This document shows, piece by piece, positions 1 to 9,291 of a stretch of DNA of 64,000 bases. Source of the DNA: an uncultured bacterium (GTDB lineage Bacteria > Patescibacteriota > Minisyncoccia > UBA6257 > 2-01-FULL-56-20); contig CAVOJZ010000002.1 of NCBI GenBank assembly GCA_963696395.1, positions 213,060-277,059 of the forward strand, in the 5' to 3' direction. A program made the position numbers and the translations under genes. The notes beneath the pieces were generated by a model. That model ran no database searches and had not been told where the DNA came from. It saw only the letters and a program-made list of their open reading frames with translations. Position 1 is the stretch's first letter. The number at the start of each line of letters is the position of its first letter.

Positions 1-862
1 TTGCATGAATGTATAGCGGTGCATTTTTCCCATACGTTCTCACCGTTGCCTGCGCGCCGATCAGTTTATTGAACGCCGCCTTCCAGTCGGGCGCATAGGT
101 CATATCAATGCGAACAGCGACACCTCGGAGAGCTGCGCGAATCAGCGCCGCGATGATGCCGTCGTCCGCCATCTCTTCGTTGTAAATATCGAGCGAGGAT
201 TGCGCGGCATCAATGAGTGCGGTGATGGCGTTGCGGGAGCCCGGACTCCACACCAGATCGCGGCCGGCACTTGCAGCCACCACGCTTCCCTGCCAATCCC
301 CTTCGAATGCATTTTCCATGGCTGCAACATCCTGCGAGTCATGATCAACGATTCCAAAATCGCGACCTGTCGGATAATATTTTGGCACCAGATTAAAGCT
401 CATGATAATCGCGGTCGTGTCATCAATAACGACCGACTTTTCATGCGTAAGCGCAAAATGATCGGGCGACCAACGAACAGAAACTCCATGCTCGCGCAAT
501 GTTCCGTATGCCGCCTGATTAATAATCGATGGCTCGCCTTCATATCCGGGACTAAGCAGAACACGCACGGCAACCCCGCGCGAGCGAGCAGAGATGAGAT
601 CGGCCTCAATCGATTTATCCTGCAGTTCATACATCACGAGATCAATTGATTTCACGGCATGCTGAAGCAGAGACCGAACCGGCGTGATGCCGTCGTTCGG
701 TTCGATAATCAGCGAACAAACATCGCCGCAAGCCAATGGCGGCGGAAAAGATTTTTCCGGAACAGCATGCTCTTCTATTATGAAAACTGGCGCTAGCAAA
801 AGAGCAACCGCGAGAAGCATAACGAGCACAACACCGAAAACAATCGCTTTTTTAAATCGCAT
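1..862 (-). CDS. Phospholipase D-family protein (HKD motif), N-terminal signal/TM; C-terminus runs off the left edge of the window
   Basis: Manual minus-strand translation from the ATG at 862 gives MRFKKAIVFGVVLVMLLAVALLLAPVFIIEEHAVPEKSFPPPLACGDVCSLIIEPNDGITPV...ARSRGVAVRVLLSPGY...WSPDHFALTHEKSVVIDD (HxKxxxxD); no stop to position 1. It is absent from the ORF track, which lists only ORFs terminated inside the window. Confidence 0.7.
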   Translation of the reverse strand, partial: MRFKKAIVFGVVLVMLLAVALLLAPVFIIEEHAVPEKSFPPPLACGDVCSLIIEPNDGITPVRSLLQHAVKSIDLVMYELQDKSIEADLISARSRGVAVRVLLSPGYEGEPSIINQAAYGTLREHGVSVRWSPDHFALTHEKSVVIDDTTAIIMSFNLVPKYYPTGRDFGIVDHDSQDVAAMENAFEGDWQGSVVAASAGRDLVWSPGSRNAITALIDAAQSSLDIYNEEMADDGIIAALIRAALRGVAVRIDMTYAPDWKAAFNKLIGAQATVRTYGKNAPLYIHA

Positions 863-934
863 TTGCGAACCTTATCACGACAGGATTAAATATTGATTAA
901 GTTTGTAAAATTCCTTACTGTATAGAAGCAATCT

Positions 935-1024
935 GGTGGGGTGGCCGAGTGGTTTAAGGCAACGCTCTTGAAAAGCGTCATACGGGGAACCGTATCGTGA
1001 GTTCGAATCTCACCCCCACCGCCA
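935..1024 (+). tRNA. tRNA-Ser (anticodon UGA), long variable arm, CCA encoded
   Basis: Acceptor GGTGGGG/CCCCACC; anticodon stem ACGCT/AGCGT with loop CTTGAAA; variable arm ATACGGGGAACCGTATC; T-loop GTGAGTTCGAATCTCAC; 3' GCCA. Confidence 0.85.
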
Positions 1025-1067
1025 ATCGAAAGCAGTATGCCGCTCGCGCATGTGGTAAGATAACTTC

Positions 1068-2078
1068 ATGGACGATCGGCGCGTTATCAAGATCATAAAA
1101 CGGGTGATGCCCGCCGTGGTTTCGATTGCCATCGCAAAACACCTTGAAGATCTCGAAAAAGAACTTCCAAAGGAATATTCCATACGCGACGCAGTTGCCG
1201 ACGAGCATGGCATGGTTCAAATCGGCGGAGGATCCGGATTCATCGTTGACCCGAATGGTCTTGTGATGACGAATAAGCATGTAATCAGCGATGCAAAAGC
1301 GGAATATACCGTCATTTTGAATGACGGTCGCACATTCCCGGCCACAGTCTTGAGCCGCGACCCGATCAACGATGTCGCGATCATTAAAATCCAACAGGAA
1401 AAGCTTCCCTTTTTAAAATTGGGCGATGCAACCCGGCTTGAGCTCGGGCAAAGCCTGATTGCTATCGGCAACGCTCTCGGCATTTTCCGCAACACGGTTT
1501 CTCTTGGCATTGTCTCCGGTTTATCGCGCTCGATAACAGCGCAAGCCGATCCCAATGCGCCACCGCAGGAAATGCGCGGCCTCATCCAGACCGACGCCGC
1601 AATTAATCCGGGCAACTCCGGAGGGCCGTTGGTTGATTCAAATGGCCTCGTGGTCGGCGTTAATGCCGCAATCATTTCCGGAGCGCACAGCATCGGATTT
1701 GCGATCCCCGTAAATGCGGCGCGGCGGGATCTCGACGACATACTCCGCTTCGGCCGCATACGGCGTCCCCTGCTTGGCCTTCGCTATATCATGGTAGACC
1801 CCGGGTTAAAGGTGAAAATGAAATTGCCGGTGGATTACGGCGCGCTCATACTCCGCGAAAGCGAACACGATTTTGCCGTTGTCCCCGAAAGCCCGGCGGA
1901 CAAAGCCGGCATCAAAGAAAAAGATATCGTTCTCACACTCAACGGAAAGCGACTCGACCGCGAGCATCCGATCCAGGATTATCTCGAAGATTTGAATGTC
2001 GGCGATGAAGCCGAGCTCGTATTCTTACGCGACGGAGAACAGAAAGCGGTGAAAACGGTGCTTACGGAAAGGAAATGA
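1068..2078 (+). CDS. htrA: HtrA/DegP-family trypsin-like serine protease with C-terminal PDZ domain
   Basis: GNSGGPLVD catalytic-serine motif, HVI histidine region, C-terminal PDZ-like block. Confidence 0.85.
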   Translation: MDDRRVIKIIKRVMPAVVSIAIAKHLEDLEKELPKEYSIRDAVADEHGMVQIGGGSGFIVDPNGLVMTNKHVISDAKAEYTVILNDGRTFPATVLSRDPINDVAIIKIQQEKLPFLKLGDATRLELGQSLIAIGNALGIFRNTVSLGIVSGLSRSITAQADPNAPPQEMRGLIQTDAAINPGNSGGPLVDSNGLVVGVNAAIISGAHSIGFAIPVNAARRDLDDILRFGRIRRPLLGLRYIMVDPGLKVKMKLPVDYGALILRESEHDFAVVPESPADKAGIKEKDIVLTLNGKRLDREHPIQDYLEDLNVGDEAELVFLRDGEQKAVKTVLTERK

Positions 2079-2096
2079 TTATATTGAGAAAAAATG

Positions 2097-2124
2097 AAAC
2101 CCCTCATGAAGAGGGGTCTTTGTT
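2097..2124 (+). terminator. Rho-independent terminator after htrA
   Basis: AAACCCCTC-ATGAA-GAGGGGTCT followed by TTTGTT. Confidence 0.6.
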
Positions 2125-2442
2125 ATCAATGTTTTTCCGTTCAGCCTGCAGCATTCGTTTAGTCAAAAGCATTTCGAGTTCGCTTTCGCTTACTCCGAAG
2201 AGATCCCGAAATCCCAGCAACCATTCCTCCAGACGGCCAAGCTGAGTGTCGTCTTCCCCAACCTCATTTCGACAACTGGCCTCCGTCAAAATTCTGTCGC
2301 AGGACCGGCACTCGCTTCGATGTTGCCGGACGATCTCCCAAATGTCCCGAACTTTATCGGAATCACGGCTTTCGGCCAATGTTTCGTGGATGAGCCAGAA
2401 ACAAAGAGCCCTGAACCGGGAACAGTCAATGATTTCGATCAC
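2104..2442 (-). CDS. Small zf-HC2 (HxxxCxxC, zinc anti-sigma-like) protein, second of a tandem paralogous pair
   Basis: HRSECRSC motif; its ATG overlaps the TGA of the upstream paralog (ATGA coupling). Confidence 0.5.
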   Translation of the reverse strand: MIEIIDCSRFRALCFWLIHETLAESRDSDKVRDIWEIVRQHRSECRSCDRILTEASCRNEVGEDDTQLGRLEEWLLGFRDLFGVSESELEMLLTKRMLQAERKNIDNKDPSS

Positions 2443-2705
2443 GTCTTTTTCTCCTTTCGTGGCCGGGAACCGGCGATTCTACTCCTTGCCTCGTTCTTTA
2501 AATCCGTAGATTTTTTTCGTTTCGCGTTCATACCGCGGTTGTAGGCCTCTTCGTAATCGGCGGCGAAAACATCACAAGACCTGCAGACTTCTCTATGCTC
2601 GACGAGATCGGCGGCCTTGAGCTGAAATCCCCAATCGACAACGCGGTGAGAATCCAACTCTTGGTGAAACACGTCGTATCGTATTTTGAACTGTTCGCAA
2701 TTCAA
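2439..2705 (-). CDS. Small zf-HC2 (HxxxCxxC) protein, first of the tandem pair
   Basis: HREVCRSC motif; LVEHREVCRSCD is paralogous to IVRQHRSECRSCD in the downstream gene. Confidence 0.5.
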   Translation of the reverse strand: MNCEQFKIRYDVFHQELDSHRVVDWGFQLKAADLVEHREVCRSCDVFAADYEEAYNRGMNAKRKKSTDLKNEARSRIAGSRPRKEKKT

Positions 2706-2753
2706 TGTGCGCTCCTTATGATAGTGCTATCGAGTGCTGCCGCTAAAATACCA

Positions 2754-3752
2754 CTAATATGAGTATTCGTCAACTAAAAGTCCGTTGTGATCGTAGAGTT
2801 GGATGTTGTCGTGATAAGGATCGGCGATGTTATTTCCCGTCCATGCCCACCACTGATTCGAAAGGAAATCTGCGTCGCCGTAATGTTGAGAGAAGCAACC
2901 GCCGTAATTTAAATTATTCAGGAACTGTTGGCACGCGTAATCCGTCGGTGGGACACGCGGATCGTTATTATCAGGCACCGTGCAGGCCGGAAGCGACTCG
3001 ATATAGTTTTGACACGAACCGGTGAAGCTCGATATCTGGGACTGGTTGATATAAGGGCACGTAAGCGGCAACTGCGGATTGGTATTTAAATCTCTTTGCA
3101 TGTAGCCGATGCATTCATTCAGGCGAAGGTTGATGGGGCCGGCGTTCGAAAAAAGATACAGTGTCTGCCCTTCGGAAAGCTGGATGTCGGCCGCCGGAGC
3201 AAACCCCGAAGGCTGATACACTTCCACCGCCTGCGGCACATATTCGCTTCCGTGATTCGATTTAAGTTCCCATCCGGTGACATCAACACTTTCGTTCTGG
3301 CTCAGATTGGTTGAAAGCGTGATCTGACCGTACGTGCCGCTGAAACCCGAATAGGAACTGCCGATGGTTATTTCCTTGAAGTACGGCGAAAGCTGTGAGG
3401 CTGTAAAGCCGGCCGGAATTTCAAGCGGATTGATTCCGGGGTTCAGGAACGTTGTCGTCGGCGCTGGCGACGAAATGTATGTCGGCGGGGGCACAATGGG
3501 CGTGGCGGGTGCAGCAGGTGCAGAATTACCTATCCCTCCGCTTAAAAGCCCGGAGCCAAATCCCGGCGGGGTTGAGCTGAATGCCGAAGAGGTTGCGGAC
3601 GGCGGCGGGAAAAACGCTTCGAGACCGCCGGTGCCCTTATTGACCAATCCGGAATTCCACAAATACACCACGACGCCGATGATTACGACGCCGAAGAGAA
3701 TGGTCCATATTTTGCCACCCATCGTACTTCCCCCGTCATCTCCGTGTGCCAT
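2754..3752 (-). CDS. Secreted or membrane-anchored protein with a Pro/Ser/Thr-rich linker and Cys-rich C-terminal domain, possibly lamin-tail-like
   Basis: N-terminal TM helix, low-complexity PAAPATPIVPPPTYISSPAPTTT stretch, VDVTGWELKSN segment. Confidence 0.45.
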   Translation of the reverse strand: MAHGDDGGSTMGGKIWTILFGVVIIGVVVYLWNSGLVNKGTGGLEAFFPPPSATSSAFSSTPPGFGSGLLSGGIGNSAPAAPATPIVPPPTYISSPAPTTTFLNPGINPLEIPAGFTASQLSPYFKEITIGSSYSGFSGTYGQITLSTNLSQNESVDVTGWELKSNHGSEYVPQAVEVYQPSGFAPAADIQLSEGQTLYLFSNAGPINLRLNECIGYMQRDLNTNPQLPLTCPYINQSQISSFTGSCQNYIESLPACTVPDNNDPRVPPTDYACQQFLNNLNYGGCFSQHYGDADFLSNQWWAWTGNNIADPYHDNIQLYDHNGLLVDEYSY

Positions 3753-3763
3753 AAATAATGATT

Positions 3764-6238
3764 TTAGATGACGACGTTCACCAGTTTCTTTTCGACGTAG
3801 ATAATTTTGTTTGGATTCGCTCCGCCCATGGCACTTATAACTTTAGCATTTTGGAGTGCGAGATTTTTTGCCTGCTCTTCGGTGACCGCCGCATCAACAT
3901 CAACCGCATCGCGCACTTTTCCGTTTACCTGAAAAACCATTCTCACCGTTCCTTCGGCAAGGAGGTTCTCGTCGTAGCCCGGCCACGCTTCAAAATCAAG
4001 ATAAGTTTCGTGCCCCATCACACTCCACAACTCCTGCGCCATGTGCGGCGCGAACGGATGCAGGATTTTAACCAGCGCTTCGCGGTCTTCCGTCGCGAGC
4101 ATCGGAGCTTTCTCGAGCTCATTCTGAAGAATCATGAATGCAGAAATTGCGGTGTTGAATTTGAAGGCCACAATATCGTTGCCGACTTTCTTAATCGTCC
4201 TGTGGAGCAAAGCCTTCGCTCTCGCAGCCGAAAGCGCAATCTGCTTCTGAAACTCAGCTTCGGTCCTTGCGCCGCGATCGAGGTGCGGCTTCGTTTCGTT
4301 TTGGATCGGGGACATGGCGAGATATATATAATTCCAAAACCGCTTAAGAAACCGCTCGATGCCCAGAATCCCGTTCGAATCCCACGGCGCGCCGTCTTCA
4401 AAGGGACCCATAAACATGAGATACATCCTCACGGCATCGGCGCCGAATTCGGCAACGAGCTCATCGGGGTTCACAACGTTGCCCTTGCTTTTCGACATCT
4501 TGTGTCCGTCGGTGCCAAGGATAAGGCCCTGATGCCGGAGCTTCGTGAATGGCTCTTCAAACGGGATCAGTTTTTGGTCGTATAAAAATTTTGTGATAAA
4601 ACGCGAATATAAAAGATGGAGCACGGTATGCTCCGCACCGATCACATAGAGATCAACCGGCATCCAATGCTTGGCTTTCGCGGGATCGAAAATCTGCGCA
4701 TCATTATGCGGATCGGTATATCGCAGGAAGTACCACGATGAATCAACAAAAGTGTCGAGGGTTTCCGCGTCGCGCTTTGCCTCCCCTCCGCATTGCGGAC
4801 ATTTGACGTTGATAAAGCTCTGCGACCCCGCGAGCGGTGGCATCCCCTGTGGGCGATAATTCTCGAGATCGGGCAACACCACGGGCAACTCGGCTTCCGG
4901 CACCGGCACAATTCCGCACTTTTCGCAGTGAATCATGGGGATCGGCACGCCCCAATAGCGTTGGCGCGAGACAGACCAATCGCGGAGTTTATATTGGGTT
5001 TTCTTATTTCCGCCCACTTCCTTTATAATTTCCCATTTAGCCTTTTCGAAATCCATCCCGTTAAATTTTCCCGAACCGGTTAATATGCCGTTTTCAACGA
5101 CAACCCGCACCGGCAGGTTGAATTTTTTCGCGAACAAAAAATCGCGGGCATCGTGGGCGGGAACCGCCATGATGGCGCCCGTCCCGTACGAGCCGAGAAC
5201 ATAATCGGCAACCCAAATTGGAATCTCCTCATTCGTCGCAGGATTGATCGCCATAACCCCCTTCAGCTCGACGCCGGTTTTTTCTTTTTCTTCTTCCTGG
5301 CGCATCCGTTCGGTTTTGTGCGACGCCGCAACGGCATATGCTTTCACTTCCTCCTTATTCAACAGCACATCGTGTTCATCATCGGTTGCAAGCGTCACCC
5401 ACGGATGCTCCGGAGCAAGAACGAGGTAGGTCACGCCGAACAGCGTATCCGGACGGGTTGTAAAAACGGTCAAAGCGGCCCGCTCGCCGTTCGGTCCGCG
5501 GCGATCGTTGTCTGCGGGATTTTTTTTGAAGTCGAGCAGGAACGCAATTTCGGCCCCTTCCGATTTTCCGATCCAATCCTGCTGGCGCTTCACCGTCGCC
5601 GACGGCCAATCAAGCCCGTCCAAACCAGCGAGCAGGCGCTCGGTGTAGTCGGTTATCTTCAGAAACCATTGCGTCATGTCGCGTTCCTCGATCACGCTGC
5701 CGCATCGCTCGCATTTTCCGTCGGTTACCTGTTCGTTCGCCAAAACCGTCTGATCCTTCGGGCACCAGTTCACTTTTGATTTCGCCTGGTATGCGAGTCC
5801 TTTTTTATACAACCGGATGAAAAGCCATTGCGTCCATCGGTAGTAATCCGGAGATGACGTATTTATCTCCCGGTCCCAGTCATACGAAAAACCAAACATT
5901 CTGACCTGGCGGCGATAATTGTCCGTACTTTCTTTGGTCAGCTCTTTCGGAGCTTTTCCCGTTTTGATCGCGTAATTTTCTGTGGGCAAACCGAAAGCGT
6001 CCCATCCCATCGTATAAAGGAGCTCCCTCCCTTTCATCCGCGAATAGCGTGCGTGGATGTCTTCGGCGGTGTATCCCTTGGGATGGCCCATGTGAAGCCC
6101 CGCAGCCGAAGGGTACGGGAAGGTTTCGAGCTGATAATACTTGGGTTTCTTTGAATCGTCTGCGACCCGAAAAATCTTTTCTTCAAGCCACTTTTTTTGC
6201 CACTTTTCTTCAAATTTTGTCGGTTCGTAATTCGGCAT
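3764..6238 (-). CDS. leuS: Leucyl-tRNA synthetase
   Basis: HMGHPKGYT (HIGH-type motif), KMSKSKGN, 824 aa, class I LeuS architecture. Confidence 0.95.
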   Translation of the reverse strand: MPNYEPTKFEEKWQKKWLEEKIFRVADDSKKPKYYQLETFPYPSAAGLHMGHPKGYTAEDIHARYSRMKGRELLYTMGWDAFGLPTENYAIKTGKAPKELTKESTDNYRRQVRMFGFSYDWDREINTSSPDYYRWTQWLFIRLYKKGLAYQAKSKVNWCPKDQTVLANEQVTDGKCERCGSVIEERDMTQWFLKITDYTERLLAGLDGLDWPSATVKRQQDWIGKSEGAEIAFLLDFKKNPADNDRRGPNGERAALTVFTTRPDTLFGVTYLVLAPEHPWVTLATDDEHDVLLNKEEVKAYAVAASHKTERMRQEEEKEKTGVELKGVMAINPATNEEIPIWVADYVLGSYGTGAIMAVPAHDARDFLFAKKFNLPVRVVVENGILTGSGKFNGMDFEKAKWEIIKEVGGNKKTQYKLRDWSVSRQRYWGVPIPMIHCEKCGIVPVPEAELPVVLPDLENYRPQGMPPLAGSQSFINVKCPQCGGEAKRDAETLDTFVDSSWYFLRYTDPHNDAQIFDPAKAKHWMPVDLYVIGAEHTVLHLLYSRFITKFLYDQKLIPFEEPFTKLRHQGLILGTDGHKMSKSKGNVVNPDELVAEFGADAVRMYLMFMGPFEDGAPWDSNGILGIERFLKRFWNYIYLAMSPIQNETKPHLDRGARTEAEFQKQIALSAARAKALLHRTIKKVGNDIVAFKFNTAISAFMILQNELEKAPMLATEDREALVKILHPFAPHMAQELWSVMGHETYLDFEAWPGYDENLLAEGTVRMVFQVNGKVRDAVDVDAAVTEEQAKNLALQNAKVISAMGGANPNKIIYVEKKLVNVVI

Positions 6239-6349
6239 CGATACTCATATAGTAAGCCGCGCACCGCGCTTAATCAAATTGACAATTGACAGCACAGCAA
6301 TCCGGGTTCATGCTAAAAAAAGAAACATTAAAAAATTATTAACTTCCTT

Positions 6350-6910
6350 TTGGAGGGGCCCGTGGCAGAAGTTTTAGTGAGCGACATCGGCAACGTCATC
6401 ATCGACCGCATCAACAATCACCATGAACCGTCATTTTTAATTGGCGATCACCGTAAGGCGCCTGCAATCCCCGGTGCCATACGGGGTCTCGCAATGCTTC
6501 GTTCCCGATTTCATGACAGACGCTTCACGCTTTCCCGGACGCGGTACGATTTTAGAAGAAAAACCCAGGACTGGTTTGTCGCTAATCATTTTTATCGCGA
6601 CACCGGCATAAGATTGGACCAGGCGTTCTTCTGCGAAGAAAAATCAGAGAAGGTCAAAGATTACGTCCAGCTCAAGGCAACGCACGTCATCGAAGACCGC
6701 GCAGAAAATGTCCGCCACATCCTCGATTCCATAAGAGACGGTCAACCACTTCACCCCGATCTCCAGATCTACTATTTTCGTAGAAATGGAGACCATGAAG
6801 TTTTGGCTTATGAAGACGATTTTCTTTCGCGAGTCCATTATGTAAGCACTTGGCTCGCGATGGTAAATCTGATGCTTCGCGAGACATGCGAACCATCACT
6901 GCTTCTGTAA
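6350..6910 (+). CDS. Hypothetical protein
   Basis: 186-aa ORF with a TTGACA promoter-like element upstream; no recognisable motif. Confidence 0.4.
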   Translation: MEGPVAEVLVSDIGNVIIDRINNHHEPSFLIGDHRKAPAIPGAIRGLAMLRSRFHDRRFTLSRTRYDFRRKTQDWFVANHFYRDTGIRLDQAFFCEEKSEKVKDYVQLKATHVIEDRAENVRHILDSIRDGQPLHPDLQIYYFRRNGDHEVLAYEDDFLSRVHYVSTWLAMVNLMLRETCEPSLLL

Positions 6911-6973
6911 TAACCAGACCGGCGCCTCGTGCGCCGGTTTTTTTATTTCTGTGGAAATAGCGTGGGGCGAAAA

Positions 6974-7885
6974 TTAAACGCCGAAAATACGCCGTGCGTT
7001 TTCCCAAATTTGCCGCTTCATCGCTTCCGGAGAAATATTTTTAAGCTCCGCCAATTTCTTAACGGTTTCGACGACATACGCAGGCTCGTTCCGTTTGCCG
7101 CGATACGGCGCTGGCGAAGCATAAGGGGCGTCGGTCTCGGAGAGGATCCGATCCGCGGGAATCATCTTTACAACTTCATCGTAATCCCCTGCCGAAGTGC
7201 CTTTCCGCGGGGGAAAAGTGACAACACCGCCGAAAGTGAACGAAAAACCCAGCGCAAGCAATCTCTCCGCATCAACCATGGTTCCGGTGAAAAAATGGAT
7301 GACGCCGGGATTGTCCACTTTGGGGTAGCTTGGCGAGGCCAAAATTTCAATGAGATCATCGAATGCGTTTCTGCAATGGATCATTAACGGTTTTTTAACC
7401 TCCCGCGCAAGCGCTATCTGGGCGACAAATGCCTCACGTTGCCGTTTCATTTGGATCTCCTTGCTTTCATTTTCATTGAAATGGAAATAGTCCAGGCCAC
7501 ATTCGCCGATGGCCACCGTCTTTTGATGAAGGGCGAGCGGACGGTAGTAATCGGCATCAAAAACCTCACCGCGGGACGTGAAGGCCTTTGCCGCCTCTCC
7601 CCCGCCAAGCTCCGCTTCATCGTGATAAGACTTTGCCGTGTGGACCGGATGAAGCCCGATCGCAGCGTATATGCCTGCGTTGTGCTGCTCCGCGAGCGTG
7701 ACGGCGGCGCGGGAGGTTTCTTTTTGGGTGCCCACATTCACCATCCACACGTCCGCTTCGTCGGCGCGCTTCAACACCGCCTCTCGGTCGTCATTGAAAC
7801 CCGAAAATTGCACGTGGGTATGGGCGTCAAAAAAATGGTTTTGTTGCATAAGGAGTAACCCTATTTTATCATACTCATATGGCAC
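6974..7885 (-). CDS. tatD: TatD-family metal-dependent hydrolase/DNase
   Basis: HxH start (DAHTHV), GECGLDY, HCRNAFDD, IHFFTG, SETDAPY motifs. Confidence 0.85.
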   Translation of the reverse strand: MPYEYDKIGLLLMQQNHFFDAHTHVQFSGFNDDREAVLKRADEADVWMVNVGTQKETSRAAVTLAEQHNAGIYAAIGLHPVHTAKSYHDEAELGGGEAAKAFTSRGEVFDADYYRPLALHQKTVAIGECGLDYFHFNENESKEIQMKRQREAFVAQIALAREVKKPLMIHCRNAFDDLIEILASPSYPKVDNPGVIHFFTGTMVDAERLLALGFSFTFGGVVTFPPRKGTSAGDYDEVVKMIPADRILSETDAPYASPAPYRGKRNEPAYVVETVKKLAELKNISPEAMKRQIWENARRIFGV

Positions 7886-8343
7886 ACGTTCACGAAAAAA
7901 ATGATTTCACGGTTGGCGTCTTTGTCGTCTATAAGGGAAAAGTGCTTCTTCGAAAACATGATAAATATAAAATCTGGATGGGCGTTGGCGGACATATCGA
8001 GCTCGACGAGGATCCGATCCAGGCTGCCATTCGTGAGGCCAAAGAAGAGGTCGGTCTCGACATAACGATCGTTGGGGAGAAAACCAGAATCAGTGAATTC
8101 GACGATGGATACATCGAACTCTCCACTCCCCGTTTCACGTATATCCATCCGATCAACGACGTCCACAAGCATATCAACTCGATTTATTTTGCGCGGAGCA
8201 CAAACGACCATATCGTGGAAGGTCCCGGCGAACACAGCGATGAGATCCGTTGGTTCACCATGGACGAGCTCCAAAACCCTGAATACAAAATCCCAAAATC
8301 AATGAAATATTTCGCCGAAGAGGCGCTTAAAAAACTCGCATGA
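7879..8343 (+). CDS. NUDIX hydrolase
   Basis: Nudix box GGHIELDEDPIQAAIREAKEEVGL. Confidence 0.8.
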   Translation: MAHVHEKNDFTVGVFVVYKGKVLLRKHDKYKIWMGVGGHIELDEDPIQAAIREAKEEVGLDITIVGEKTRISEFDDGYIELSTPRFTYIHPINDVHKHINSIYFARSTNDHIVEGPGEHSDEIRWFTMDELQNPEYKIPKSMKYFAEEALKKLA

Positions 8344-8936
8344 AACTTGTCATCGGCCTGGCGGGGCTTCCGCTTGCGGGAAAAGAAACGGTCGCGAATA
8401 AACTTGAAGAGCTGCTGAAGCGCGACGGCTTTACGGTGAGCCGCCATCGTTTTTCCGATATCCTCCGCGATACGCTCGATCTGTGGGGTATGTCGCACGG
8501 CCGCGGTAACGAACAAACGCTCGCACAGATCATGCAGAGGCCTGGAGCGTTTCCGGAGGGTGTGCTCTCACGGGCAATGAAACACCGATTAATGCAAAAC
8601 ACGGCCGACGTCGGGATTCTGGACGGCGTCCGATGGGATAGCGACGAGGAAATGATGAATACATTCCCCTCAGAAGGTGTGAAGAAAATGATGATCTACG
8701 TATACGCCGATGACGATCACCGCTATGCACGCCTCATTGCACGAAACCGGTCCGGGGAAGGGACTACGACGCGCGAACAATTTGCGGAGCTAAACAAACA
8801 ACCGAACGAAATTTATATTCCGGAAATCGGCTCGCGAGCGGATTTAAAGCTCACCAACAACTACGAGGACATACCCGATTTTGAAAAGGATGTCATTGCC
8901 GCCTATGGGGAACACATCAAAAAAAATCTACTATAA
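8340..8936 (+). CDS. P-loop nucleotide/nucleoside kinase-like protein
   Basis: Walker A GLAGLPLAGKET at the N-terminus; overlaps the Nudix stop by 4 nt. Confidence 0.5.
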   Translation: MKLVIGLAGLPLAGKETVANKLEELLKRDGFTVSRHRFSDILRDTLDLWGMSHGRGNEQTLAQIMQRPGAFPEGVLSRAMKHRLMQNTADVGILDGVRWDSDEEMMNTFPSEGVKKMMIYVYADDDHRYARLIARNRSGEGTTTREQFAELNKQPNEIYIPEIGSRADLKLTNNYEDIPDFEKDVIAAYGEHIKKNLL

Positions 8937-9291
8937 CAAGCTGATCCGCGATAAGATCCCGGAAAAGATCCGCAAAAATGGCGGCGATCTGAAAACGGTG
9001 AAGCTGAATCGACGCCAGTTCGAACAGGAACTTTTAAGAAAAGTCGTCGAAGAATCGGGCGGCGTTGCATCCGCAACGACGCCGCCGGAACTCATTTCAG
9101 AGCTCGCTGACCTTATCGCCGTAATCGAGGAGATCAAACACACAAAGCGCATTTCCAACAAACAAATTACAAAAGCACTTCGCGAAAATTTTGACCGTAA
9201 AGGCGGCTTCAAGAAAAAGCTGTTCCTTGTCTGGTCGTCGGATACCGGCTACAAAACAAACGAACGCCGCGGCAATCGAATATCGGGCTAA
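8905..9291 (+). CDS. MazG-like all-alpha nucleoside triphosphate pyrophosphohydrolase
   Basis: N-terminal KLIRDKIPEKIRKNG matches the classic KLVRDKIPEII MazG/YpjD signature; start taken at the internal Met because the track ORF begins at 8881 and overlaps the previous gene. Confidence 0.6.
   Translation: MGNTSKKIYYNKLIRDKIPEKIRKNGGDLKTVKLNRRQFEQELLRKVVEESGGVASATTPPELISELADLIAVIEEIKHTKRISNKQITKALRENFDRKGGFKKKLFLVWSSDTGYKTNERRGNRISG

Noticed and set aside
4793-5779. Several 60-208 aa ORFs on the plus strand (for example 5153-5779)
   Set aside because: They are entirely antisense to the well-supported leuS CDS, have no motifs and are Arg-rich; they are shadow ORFs.
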